Source: Thermoanaerobaculia bacterium
Lineage (GTDB): Bacteria > Acidobacteriota > Thermoanaerobaculia > UBA5066
DNA length: 64,000 nt
Direction: 5' to 3'
NCBI GenBank assembly: GCA_963719225.1
Contig: CAVRAY010000002.1
Coordinates: 160,001 to 224,000 of the forward strand
Under the pieces are notes generated by a model that made no database searches, was not told where the DNA came from, and was given only the letters and a program-made list of their open reading frames with translations. Made by a program: the position numbers and the translations under genes. Shown here piece by piece: positions 55,717 through 64,000 of this stretch. How positions within the stretch are numbered: the stretch's first letter is position 1; the number at the start of each line of letters is the position of its first letter.

Positions 55717-56633
55717 GAGCGTCTCCTGGGAGGCGCGCCCGGCACCTCGAGGCCGTGGAAGCGCTGGAGGGCGGCCAGCGAGCGAAGCGTGACCCAGCGT
55801 GAGAGCTCGCCCGTGCGCTCGAGCGCGACCGGAAGCCGTTCCGGACACGCGCGTTCGAGCGTCCAGCGCGCGCGGTGGTCGGCGCGCGAGGCGAGCTGTG
55901 CGAGAGCGAGGGCGAGGATCGGCTCGCGCCGCGCCTCCGGGGGAAGCACCAGGGAAAGCGCGTACAACATCTCGACGAGATCCGTCTCGTCGCCGCACGG
56001 AAAGCCGGGCATGAGGAGCGACGCCGGCGCGCCGGGAGCGAGCGCAGCCGGAAGCTCGGCCTCGAGAAGACGGGCCGTGAGGAAGGAGACGGCCTCGAGG
56101 ACACGATCGCTTTTCACGTCGTCGGGAATCGAGGAGAAGAGCAGGAGGTCCTTCTCCGTTCGTCCGCGCCCGCCGAGCGCTCGCGCGGCGAGGGCGTCGG
56201 CGCCCTCCAGGACCCGCGCGTCGCGCTCCCACCCGATTCGCGAAAGGACGCGGAGCGCCGCGCGAAAGAGCGTGGCGTCGAGATCCGTCTCCTCGCGGCG
56301 TTCGATCGCGACGAGCGTCTTCTCCCAGCGGGCGAGGAGGACGTCTCCCGCGTGGCGAAGCGGAGGGAGCGAGCCGTCCGCACCCACCTCGGTGAGGAAC
56401 AGCGCGAGCCACACGCCGCCGTCGTAGCGGCGCTCGAGCGCCGCGGCCCCCGCGCCCGGGGCGAGTCTCGCTCGGAGGAGCGCGAGCACCTCACGCACGA
56501 ACGGCTCGCGCGGGAATCCCTGCTTCGCCTTCTTCAGGTCCGGATCTCTCGGGGGGCGGCCGAGCAGGTCGCGAAGAGCCACGTAGCGGGCCGCGGGGCT
56601 TTCGCGCGAGACGAGCCAGTCGATCGTCGACAA
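55713..56633 (-). CDS. Hypothetical alpha-helical (prenyltransferase-like) protein
   Basis: IDWL...PAARYVALRDLL, SRWVTLRSL; start uncertain. Confidence 0.6.
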   Translation of the reverse strand: MSTIDWLVSRESPAARYVALRDLLGRPPRDPDLKKAKQGFPREPFVREVLALLRARLAPGAGAAALERRYDGGVWLALFLTEVGADGSLPPLRHAGDVLLARWEKTLVAIERREETDLDATLFRAALRVLSRIGWERDARVLEGADALAARALGGRGRTEKDLLLFSSIPDDVKSDRVLEAVSFLTARLLEAELPAALAPGAPASLLMPGFPCGDETDLVEMLYALSLVLPPEARREPILALALAQLASRADHRARWTLERACPERLPVALERTGELSRWVTLRSLAALQRFHGLEVPGAPPRRRS

Positions 56634-56748
56634 GGGGACGGCAAACGGCCCTTCCGGAAGAGGTCGTGCCGCGCGCCGGCGGCGCACGGCGCCCTCCGGC
56701 CGCCCTCGAGCGGATCGCGACATCGACTGCGAGGATAATCCAGCCCGC

Positions 56749-57525
56749 ATGAACTTCTTCGAGGCTTCCTCGACGCGAGTCGTCGGTCACCGAGGTTCTC
56801 CCACGAAGGCGCTCGAAAACACCTTCGACAGCTTCGACCGCGCCGAGGCCGAAGGCGCCGACGGTTTCGAGCTCGACGTGAGGCTCACGCTGGACGGCGA
56901 GGCCGTCGTCCACCACGACGCCGAGATCGTTCTCTCGGGCCGGCGCGTTCCGCTCGCGACTCTGACGATCCCCGAGCTCGAGGAGAACCCGATCGTACGC
57001 GGCGACCTTCAGGGGTTCGTCCCGACGCTCCGCGACGTCTTCCTGCGATACGGCTCTTCGGGTCGCTATCTCGTCGAGCTGAAGTCCGGGCCGTCGCCGC
57101 GCCCTTCGCTCCTCGAGTTCCGGGTCGCGGCTCTCCTGTCGCAGCTCGCTCTGCTCGAAAGGGCCGTCGTCCTATCCTTCTCGCCCGACTCGCTTCGCCG
57201 CATCCGCGAGATCGAGCCCAGGATCGTGACGTGCCTCAACTACGACGGCATGGCGCACCGGCCCGAAGGGCGGCTCTGGCCCGACCTTCCCAAGGGCTGT
57301 TCCGCCATCGGCCCGAATGTCATGCTCGTTTCGGACCCGCTCTTCGAACGCGCGAAGGCCGAAGGGATCTCCGTCCACGTCTGGACCGTGAACGATCCCG
57401 CGCTCGCCGCGCACCTCGCGCGCCTGGGCGCCGCGAGCGTCATCTCGGACGACGTCTCGGTCACGGGGCCCGCGATCCGCGAGGTGACCGGCGCGCTTCC
57501 TCCGCTCGCCGTGGTCCGATCGTGA
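56749..57525 (+). CDS. Glycerophosphodiester phosphodiesterase
   Basis: GHRG, ENT, ELDV, HD, VWTVN. Confidence 0.92.
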   Translation: MNFFEASSTRVVGHRGSPTKALENTFDSFDRAEAEGADGFELDVRLTLDGEAVVHHDAEIVLSGRRVPLATLTIPELEENPIVRGDLQGFVPTLRDVFLRYGSSGRYLVELKSGPSPRPSLLEFRVAALLSQLALLERAVVLSFSPDSLRRIREIEPRIVTCLNYDGMAHRPEGRLWPDLPKGCSAIGPNVMLVSDPLFERAKAEGISVHVWTVNDPALAAHLARLGAASVISDDVSVTGPAIREVTGALPPLAVVRS

Positions 57526-57540
57526 GCCGGCGGGAGCTCT

Positions 57541-57615
57541 TGGTCGGGGTGGGCGGGATCGAACCGCCGACCCCCTGCTCCCAAAGCAGGTGCGCTACCA
57601 CTGCGCTACACCCCG
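57541..57615 (-). tRNA. tRNA-Pro (UGG)
   Basis: CGGGGTGTAGCGCAGTGGTAGCGCACCTGCTTTGGGAGCAGG...GTTCGATCC...CCA. Confidence 0.97.
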
Positions 57616-57634
57616 TCCGGTAGGATTCTGAGCG

Positions 57635-58396
57635 ATGGCATCGAAGAAGTCGAAGGCAAGCGTCGTCCTCCTCCACGGCCTGGGCGGTTCTTCGGAGGAC
57701 TGGAAAGAGGTCGCGACCCTCCTCGCGAAGGACTTCACGGTGGAGGCCCTCGACCTTCCGGGCTCGCCAATCGGTCCCGGGCCTTCGACGGGCTACGAGC
57801 CGGAGGCCCTCGCGCGCTGGGTCCTCGGCAAGATCCCGGAGGAGCCCGTGCTTCTCGCGGGCCATTCCCTCGGCGGGCGCGTGGCCGGCGAGGTGGCCGC
57901 GCTCGCGCCGGAACGCATTCGCGCGCTGGCCCTCGTCTCCCCGCTGGGCTCCGCGTCGTACGGCCTCACCGACCGCCTCAAGTGGATCGCGATGTCCCGG
58001 CGCGCGGTCATCGACAGCGTGCCCGAGAGCTCCCTCAGGAACGCCGCGGGCTACGGGTTCTCGGTCGACGGGGCCGGACGCGCGGGCTTCGTCGAACGGA
58101 CACTCGCCGCGCGGACGGGGCCGCGGCGCGAGGAAGTCGTTCTCGCGATGGAGAAGCTCGTGGACGGCGTCCTCGGGGCTCGGCCGCTCGCGGAGAGGCT
58201 CTCGAAAACGTCGATGCCTCTCCTCCTCGTGACGGGCGCGCGCGACCCCCTCGCGCCTGCCGACGAGATACGCGCGATTCTGGCGACGCGAAAGGACGCG
58301 ACGTTTCTCGTGCTGCCCGGGATCGGGCACTACGCGCTTCTGGAGGACCCTCCGCGCCTCGCGACGACGCTTCGCGATTTCTTCGCGGACGCCTGA
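57635..58396 (+). CDS. Alpha/beta hydrolase
   Basis: LLHGLGG, GHSLGG, GARD, IGHY. Confidence 0.88.
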   Translation: MASKKSKASVVLLHGLGGSSEDWKEVATLLAKDFTVEALDLPGSPIGPGPSTGYEPEALARWVLGKIPEEPVLLAGHSLGGRVAGEVAALAPERIRALALVSPLGSASYGLTDRLKWIAMSRRAVIDSVPESSLRNAAGYGFSVDGAGRAGFVERTLAARTGPRREEVVLAMEKLVDGVLGARPLAERLSKTSMPLLLVTGARDPLAPADEIRAILATRKDATFLVLPGIGHYALLEDPPRLATTLRDFFADA

Positions 58397-59187
58397 GAGC
58401 GCGCGGGCGGCGCGAGCGCCTCCAGCCAGTCCTCCGGCAGCCGGCCGTGGAGCGCGGCGCTCTGCGCCGCGAAGAGCGCCGCCAGCCCCTTGCGTGAGGC
58501 CGCGAGGAGCCTCGCGAGCTGTTCCTCGTCGAACGGTTCGCGCTCGGCGGTTCCCTGGATCTCGACGAACCGCCCGCGCGACGTTCCCACGACGTTCACA
58601 TCGACGTCGACCGCCGAATCCTCCTCGTAGTCGAGGTCGAGGAGGATGCGCCCCCTCGCGACGCCGAGAGAGATCGCGGCAACGGCCTCGCGCAGGGGGT
58701 TCGCCCGCAGGTCGCCAGCCTTCGCGAGCGACGCGCACGCCAGAGCGAGGGCGACGTACGCGCCCGTGACGGACGCGCAGCGGGTTCCGGCGTCCGCGAC
58801 GAGCACGTCGCAGTCGAGCGTGACCGTGCGATCCGCGAGGCGGGAGCGGTCCACGATTCCGCGCAGAGCGCGGCCGATGAGGCGCTGGATCTCGAGCGTC
58901 CTTCCGGACTGCCTGCCGCGGGCCGCTTCGCGTGGGCTCCTCTCGAGCGTCGCCCGCGGCAGCATTCCGTATTCCGCCGTCACCCACCCGAGTCCGGTCT
59001 TCTGCAGAAAGGGCGGGACCTTCGCCTCCACCGAGGCCGTCACGAGGACCTCCGTGCGCCCCTGCGTTACGAGGCAGGAGCCTTCCGCGTGTGGAACGGC
59101 ATCACAGACGATCGTCACGGGCCGGAGGTCGAGAGGTCCCCGTCCGTCGGGGCGCGGGGGGCCATCGGCGGAATGGGCGGAAGTCAT
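58330..59187 (-). CDS. rph: Ribonuclease PH
   Basis: [42 protein letters not shown]. Confidence 0.97.
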   Translation of the reverse strand: MTSAHSADGPPRPDGRGPLDLRPVTIVCDAVPHAEGSCLVTQGRTEVLVTASVEAKVPPFLQKTGLGWVTAEYGMLPRATLERSPREAARGRQSGRTLEIQRLIGRALRGIVDRSRLADRTVTLDCDVLVADAGTRCASVTGAYVALALACASLAKAGDLRANPLREAVAAISLGVARGRILLDLDYEEDSAVDVDVNVVGTSRGRFVEIQGTAEREPFDEEQLARLLAASRKGLAALFAAQSAALHGRLPEDWLEALAPPARSQASAKKSRSVVARRGGSSRSA

Positions 59188-59219
59188 CGCGGGATTCTGG
59201 CGCAACGGCGGGCCGCTCG

Positions 59220-60041
59220 CTAAGGGAGATCCACGAGCGTCAGATCCGCCGCGGGACGGCCCAGAAACCGCCCCGCAACGCGGCGCAGGCGCTCGGACGC
59301 GTCGGTCACGAGGAGGCGCGTCGTTCCGGGAGAGGACTCGGCCCGGCGCGAGCCCGCGGGCAGCGCCGACTCGACGGCATGCGCCGTCGTCTCGGCGGAG
59401 TTCACGAGAATCGTGCCCTCGGGCAGCGAAAGAGCGATCGTTCGGGTCAGGAGCGGATAGTGCGTGCAGCCGAGGACGACGACCCGCGCGCCGGCGCCAG
59501 GCACGTCCGCGAGATAGCGCGCCGCCGCCGATCGTGCGACTTCGTTTTCGGTCCAGCCCTCCTCGGCGAGCGGCACGAAGAGCGGGCAGGCCGTGTGCAC
59601 GACCTTCCGCTCCGGATCGAGCGCACGGATGGCGCGGCCGTAGGCGTCGGAGGCGACGGTCGCCTCGGTCGCGAGAACCGCGATCGGTCCCCGGACTCCG
59701 CCGACATCGGAGGCACGCGCCGCGGCGACGGCGGCCCCGGCGCCGGGCGCGACGACTCCCACGACCGGCACGGTCGACATTTCCTCGATGACGTCGAGCG
59801 CGAGGGCCGATGCCGTGTTGCAGGCCACGACCACGGCCTTGACGTCCTGCGACAGCAAGAAGCCGATTGCGCGCTGCGCGTAGCGGCGGACCGTTTCGGG
59901 CGACTTCGTGCCATACGGCAGCCGCGCGGTGTCGCCGAGATAGAGGAGGTCCTCGTGGGGCATCCGCCGCGCGACGGCCTCGAGCACCGTGAGGCCGCCA
60001 ACCCCCGAATCGAAGAGACCGATCGGCCTGGGGTCGCTCAT
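59220..60041 (-). CDS. murI: Glutamate racemase
   Basis: [26 protein letters not shown]. Confidence 0.97.
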   Translation of the reverse strand: MSDPRPIGLFDSGVGGLTVLEAVARRMPHEDLLYLGDTARLPYGTKSPETVRRYAQRAIGFLLSQDVKAVVVACNTASALALDVIEEMSTVPVVGVVAPGAGAAVAAARASDVGGVRGPIAVLATEATVASDAYGRAIRALDPERKVVHTACPLFVPLAEEGWTENEVARSAAARYLADVPGAGARVVVLGCTHYPLLTRTIALSLPEGTILVNSAETTAHAVESALPAGSRRAESSPGTTRLLVTDASERLRRVAGRFLGRPAADLTLVDLP

Positions 60042-60775
60042 GTTCGTTCCGCCGGCGCACGCCGACGCGGTACGGGCGGAACGGCTGAGGGGCTGGGCGA
60101 TGGCGCGGCCGGCGACGGCGAGACGGCGGGAGAGGGTGTCGCCGTCGGCGCCTGCAGCGCCGGCTCTTCGGCGGCCCGCCTGAGATCGGGGGCGATCGGA
60201 TGCTGGAGGTCCACGTGGCCGCCGAGAGTTTCCGCGGCCTCTCCGGCGACGAGCAGCACGACGCGCGTCACCGCCGGGAGGTTCTTCGCGAGGGTCACGG
60301 CGAGCGCCTGGATCGCGGAGTCCTCTTCGTGAGAGCCGGCTTGCCAGCGCGGGCCGGCGGGCGTTCCGGGCTCGCGCGGCGCCGAGGAAGGCGGCGGCGC
60401 AAGGTCGATGACGGCGATTCCCTCCCGCAGGAGATAAGCCCCGCGCAGAGACCACCCCTCGGGAAACGGCCTCACGAGCTCCTGACGACGCGGCCCGTCC
60501 ATGACCGCAGCGGCGACGGACCGGAGGAGCGCCACATCGTCGACCGCCGCGGGAACGTCCCGCGCTTCCGGGTGCAGCCGATCGTCGGCGGCGGACTCGA
60601 AGTAGAGCGAGACCTGCCGGGCCGGGATGGGAGTCGGCGGAATCACCGCCGTCGGCCTGAGCGTGGGAACGGCTGCCGCGGCCGGCGAAGGCGCCTTGAG
60701 GCGCCGCCCCAGGAGAAGGGCCGAGAGAAGCAGGAGGAGCAGGACGACGAGCGCGAGGGCGAGACGGCGCGGCAT
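60038..60775 (-). CDS. GerMN domain protein
   Basis: N-terminal transmembrane segment, [19 protein letters not shown]; amidase-murI-rph context. Confidence 0.85.
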   Translation of the reverse strand: MPRRLALALVVLLLLLLSALLLGRRLKAPSPAAAAVPTLRPTAVIPPTPIPARQVSLYFESAADDRLHPEARDVPAAVDDVALLRSVAAAVMDGPRRQELVRPFPEGWSLRGAYLLREGIAVIDLAPPPSSAPREPGTPAGPRWQAGSHEEDSAIQALAVTLAKNLPAVTRVVLLVAGEAAETLGGHVDLQHPIAPDLRRAAEEPALQAPTATPSPAVSPSPAAPSPSPSAVPPVPRRRAPAERT

Positions 60776-60788
60776 GGGACGGCCGTGC

Positions 60789-62312
60789 CTAGCTCTTGCC
60801 GGGAGTCTTGGGTGCGTACGGCACGGGAGCCACGGAGTCCGCGGTGCGGAAATATGTGTCGAGGCTCCCCGCGAGGGTTTCCGCCACCTGGCGCCGGAAC
60901 TCCTCCGACCCGATGCGGACCTCCTCCTCCGGGTTCGTGATGAACGCGACCTCCAGGAGGACCGCCGGAGCGTTGACGCCCACGAGGACGCGGAACGGAG
61001 CCTGCTTCACGCCACGCGTCGTGATCCCGAGCAGCCGGTTGAAGTCGGCCTGCACGATCTCCGCGAGCCGTGCGGAAGCCGAGAGATGCTGGTTCTGCGC
61101 GAGGTCCCAGAGGATCAGGTCGAGATCGCGCACGGCGGCGTTCTTCTCCGCCGTATCGGGCGTCGCGGCGATGGCCGCGTTTTCGCTCTCGGCCAGGAGA
61201 GCCGCGGCTCGATCGGAAGCGTCCAGCGACAGGTAATAGACCTCGGTTCCATGCGCCGTCGCAGCACGCGACGCGTTGCAGTGAATCGAGAGGAAGACGT
61301 CCGCCTTCGCGGCGTTCGCTTGAGAGGCGCGGTCGTCGAGGCCGACCGTGGCATCGGAAAGGCGCGTCGTGACGACGCGATAGCCGCGGCGTTGGAGGGT
61401 TTCCTGGATCGTCTTGGCGAGCGCGAGCGTGGCGTCCTTCTCGAGGAGCCCGCCGGGGCCCTTCGCCCCTTCCTCGACGCCGCCGTGTCCTGGATCCAGG
61501 ACGATGGTCTTGGGCCTCGAAGCTTGTGACGGCGCCGGCGCCACGGGGCGCGGGCCCGAGGCCGCGGAGCCCGCCTTCACGACGTCCACGACGAGGCGTG
61601 GCGGCGACCCGAGCGCGTAGACGTTCGGCACGAGACTTTTTTCCCGGAACACGATCGTGATGTCGCCGCCCCTGACGAGGAGGCGCGCGATGCGTGACGA
61701 GTCGAGGACTCTCTCCGGGGGCTGCATCACGAGGTGCGCATTCGGGACGTGAAGGACGACCCCGTCGGCACTCTTCTCGACGGCGTACGACGGCGTCTGC
61801 GAAAAGCGCAGCACGAGCTTCGTCGTCTCGCCGAGATCGGCAACCGAGGACTCCACCATGATCTCGGCCGTCTCCGACCTTCGGACCGACAACGTCCGCG
61901 TGACGCGATCCCACGAGAGGGTCAGGCCGGTCATCGGCCCGATCACTTTCTGGAAGAACTCGGCATCCGCCCAGGCGAGAGCTCCGTGGCCGCGCACGGG
62001 CAGGCTCAGAGAGACGAGCTTCGTGTCCACGACGGCGAGAGCCGCGTCCAGGCCGAAGACCGCCGTGTGCCCCTTCAGCTTGACCTCGTAGGACCGGGTC
62101 TTCTCGTCGAACGTCATCGACCCCTCGAGAGCGGCGACGGCGTCGTTCACGGAAACGTACGTCCGGCCCTCCCGTTCTTCCAGGCGCAGGCTCGCCGGAG
62201 GCCTGTCCGGACGAGTGAAAGTCGCGGTTGCCTCCTGGCCGTGCGCTGTGGCGGCGAACAGGCACAGCGCCGCCAGGGTGGCGCAGGAAGAGAGGCGCGC
62301 GCGACGATTCAC
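60789..62312 (-). CDS. N-acetylmuramoyl-L-alanine amidase (Amidase_3)
   Basis: VLDPGHGG, LLEK, FLSIHCNA, AVLLEVAFITN. Confidence 0.93.
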   Translation of the reverse strand: MNRRARLSSCATLAALCLFAATAHGQEATATFTRPDRPPASLRLEEREGRTYVSVNDAVAALEGSMTFDEKTRSYEVKLKGHTAVFGLDAALAVVDTKLVSLSLPVRGHGALAWADAEFFQKVIGPMTGLTLSWDRVTRTLSVRRSETAEIMVESSVADLGETTKLVLRFSQTPSYAVEKSADGVVLHVPNAHLVMQPPERVLDSSRIARLLVRGGDITIVFREKSLVPNVYALGSPPRLVVDVVKAGSAASGPRPVAPAPSQASRPKTIVLDPGHGGVEEGAKGPGGLLEKDATLALAKTIQETLQRRGYRVVTTRLSDATVGLDDRASQANAAKADVFLSIHCNASRAATAHGTEVYYLSLDASDRAAALLAESENAAIAATPDTAEKNAAVRDLDLILWDLAQNQHLSASARLAEIVQADFNRLLGITTRGVKQAPFRVLVGVNAPAVLLEVAFITNPEEEVRIGSEEFRRQVAETLAGSLDTYFRTADSVAPVPYAPKTPGKS

Positions 62313-62381
62313 CCCGGGATTATGGCGATTCTCCGGCTGGAGAGATGCCCCGCGCTTCTGCTAGACTCGAACGTCACGATT

Positions 62382-62743
62382 GGGGGCGTCCCGGTTTCGA
62401 CGGGGCATTCAGCGATCGAGGAGCACGCCGAGCACGGCCGTTCGCTCGTAAAAACGACGGTCAACAACCAGCTGCCAACAACAGCGACCTCGCTCTCGCG
62501 GCCTAATTAAGCCGTGACGGGCGCCGGGGAGCCCGTCCGGGGCGCCTCGGCGTTTGACGCGAAATCCGGGCTGGGGCCGCCTCCGCCACCTGAAGAGGCG
62601 TCCCGAGAGTTTCAGGTTCGCTGTCGCGCCCGGTCGTCCGGACCTGAAGACGCGGCGGCTAAAAAAACAAGTCCGGACTGAGCGTGGAGAATCTCGACGT
62701 TCGGGCGCTTCGGACGGGGGTTCGACTCCCCCCGCCTCCACCA
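62382..62743 (+). ncRNA. ssrA: tmRNA; tag peptide ANNSDLALAA at 62474-62506
   Basis: 5' GGGGGCG...TTCGAC, 3' GGTTCGACTCCCCCCGCCTCCACCA, tag ending in ALAA. Confidence 0.95.
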
Positions 62744-62846
62744 TTTCGAGGGGGATCCGCAAAAGGGTCCCCCCTCGGCCTTTCGCAAGCCAGGAGGTCA
62801 GAATGTACCTTGACACGGTATACCGCGATACGGTATATCGTCGTGG

Positions 62847-63137
62847 ATGGCGATCCGGGGCTTTGCCGCTGTCGTCGTGGAGAGGTTCTTTCGACAGGGC
62901 CGACTCGGCCCGGGCGTGAGGTGGTCTGGCGTGGCGAAGGTCGCGGCCCGCAAGCTCGACATGCTGGACTACGCAGTCCAGCTGGCGGACCTCGCCTCTC
63001 CTCCCGGGAACCGTCTCGAACCCTTGAAAGGGGATCTGGCGGGTTTTCATGGCATTCGGATCAACGACCAATGGAGAGTCGTCTTCCGTTGGACCTCCTC
63101 CGGCCCGACGGACGTCGATGTCAGGGACTACCACTGA
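62847..63137 (+). CDS. higB: HigB (RelE/ParE superfamily) toxin
   Basis: PPGNRLEPLKGDL, IRINDQWRVVFRW, DYH. Confidence 0.9.
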   Translation: MAIRGFAAVVVERFFRQGRLGPGVRWSGVAKVAARKLDMLDYAVQLADLASPPGNRLEPLKGDLAGFHGIRINDQWRVVFRWTSSGPTDVDVRDYH

Positions 63138-63153
63138 GAGCCGAGGTGTGAAG

Positions 63154-63453
63154 ATGAGTGACCGCGCGCGACGCCGCAAGCCGACATCCCCCGGGGAGAT
63201 TCTCCGCGACGAGTTTCTCGTCCCGCTCCGGCTGAGCCAGAAGGCCCTAGCCGTCCACCTGGGATGCGACGTCAAGGTCGTGAACCGCATCGTCAACGGC
63301 CGGTGCGCCGTGACGGCGGAGATGGCGCTGAGGCTCGGCGCGGCCTTCCGGACTTCGCCGGACTTCTGGATGAACGCGCAGAAGGCCGTCGATCTCTACG
63401 AGGCCGCCGGGCAGGTCCAGGCCCTGCCGAGACCTCTCCTAAAGGCGAGCTGA
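63154..63453 (+). CDS. higA: HigA antitoxin
   Basis: PGEILRDEFL, TAEMALRL, TSPDFWMNAQ. Confidence 0.92.
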   Translation: MSDRARRRKPTSPGEILRDEFLVPLRLSQKALAVHLGCDVKVVNRIVNGRCAVTAEMALRLGAAFRTSPDFWMNAQKAVDLYEAAGQVQALPRPLLKAS

Positions 63454-63515
63454 GGCCGAGTCCAACAGGCACCAGCTCCGCTTGACGCGGCGTCCGGGGT
63501 CCCGTACCTTGATCG

Positions 63516-63911
63516 GTGGTGAATAGCCCCGAACGAGCCGATCCCCTCGTATTTCTCGTCGTGACGTCGGTGGGCACGGAAGAGCAGGCGCTCGAGATCG
63601 CGCAGCGCCTCGTCGAGAGCCAGCTCGCCGCGTGCGTGAACATCCTCCCCGGCGTGCGGTCGGTCTTCCGCTGGAAGGGAAAAGTCCAGCACGAGGGCGA
63701 GTTCCTGCTCGTGACCAAGACGCGCGCGGAGAACTTCGAGCGCGTACGGCAGGTCATTCGGGAGCTCAACGCCTACGAGCTTCCCGAAATCCTCGGGTTT
63801 CCCGCGAGCCACGCCGACGAGGCCTTCGCAGCCTGGGTCGCCGCGAGCTCCACGGGTGTCGAGACCCCGTCGGAGGACGAGGACGAGCCGGGGGAAGCGA
63901 CCATCGATTGA
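63516..63911 (+). CDS. cutA: Divalent-cation tolerance protein CutA
   Basis: LAACVNI, SVFRWKG, YELPEI. Confidence 0.9.
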   Translation: MVNSPERADPLVFLVVTSVGTEEQALEIAQRLVESQLAACVNILPGVRSVFRWKGKVQHEGEFLLVTKTRAENFERVRQVIRELNAYELPEILGFPASHADEAFAAWVAASSTGVETPSEDEDEPGEATID

Positions 63912-64000
63912 CACGTCCTGCCGTTCTCAGGATGGAGCGAGACGCCCGGTCCGGTCCCCGTGTCCGCTCGGGGACGTGTCTTCTGGGATGCCTTGCGGCG

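Noticed and set aside
57541-57634. Integrated element at tRNA-Pro
   Set aside because: Flanked by ordinary genes; no integrase or duplicated tRNA 3' end.

Overview
High-GC bacterial chromosomal segment. The VWA-domain secreted proteins and overall gene content suggest Acidobacteriota (Thermoanaerobaculia-like); this is inference only. Most of the window is housekeeping or envelope genes: truA, mqnD, a UvrD/PcrA helicase, glpK, glmU-glmS, msrA, dusB, tRNA-Pro(UGG), rph-murI-GerMN-amidase, tmRNA, two toxin-antitoxin pairs and cutA. The standout is a ~12.7 kb minus-strand locus (40189-52928). It encodes a foldase-like protein, a C39-peptidase ABC exporter with two cNMP domains, HlyD and a receiver-less sigma54 activator. 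Downstream are a sigma54 promoter and an array of 12 short ORFs: 10 share a Lys-rich double-glycine leader (one is a pseudogene) and 2 are of a second type. A GT41 glycosyltransferase and two YkgJ/FliB-like Cys-cluster proteins are interspersed. The segments after the GG site are hypervariable. Four of them look like pieces of the T6SS tube protein Hcp (three distinct regions), one looks like the mature N-terminus of Flp pilin, and one runs into a DNA fragment related to a neighbouring VWA gene. Most of these short ORFs are not correctly called in the supplied ORF track and were translated by hand. Family assignments come from remembered motifs, not database searches.
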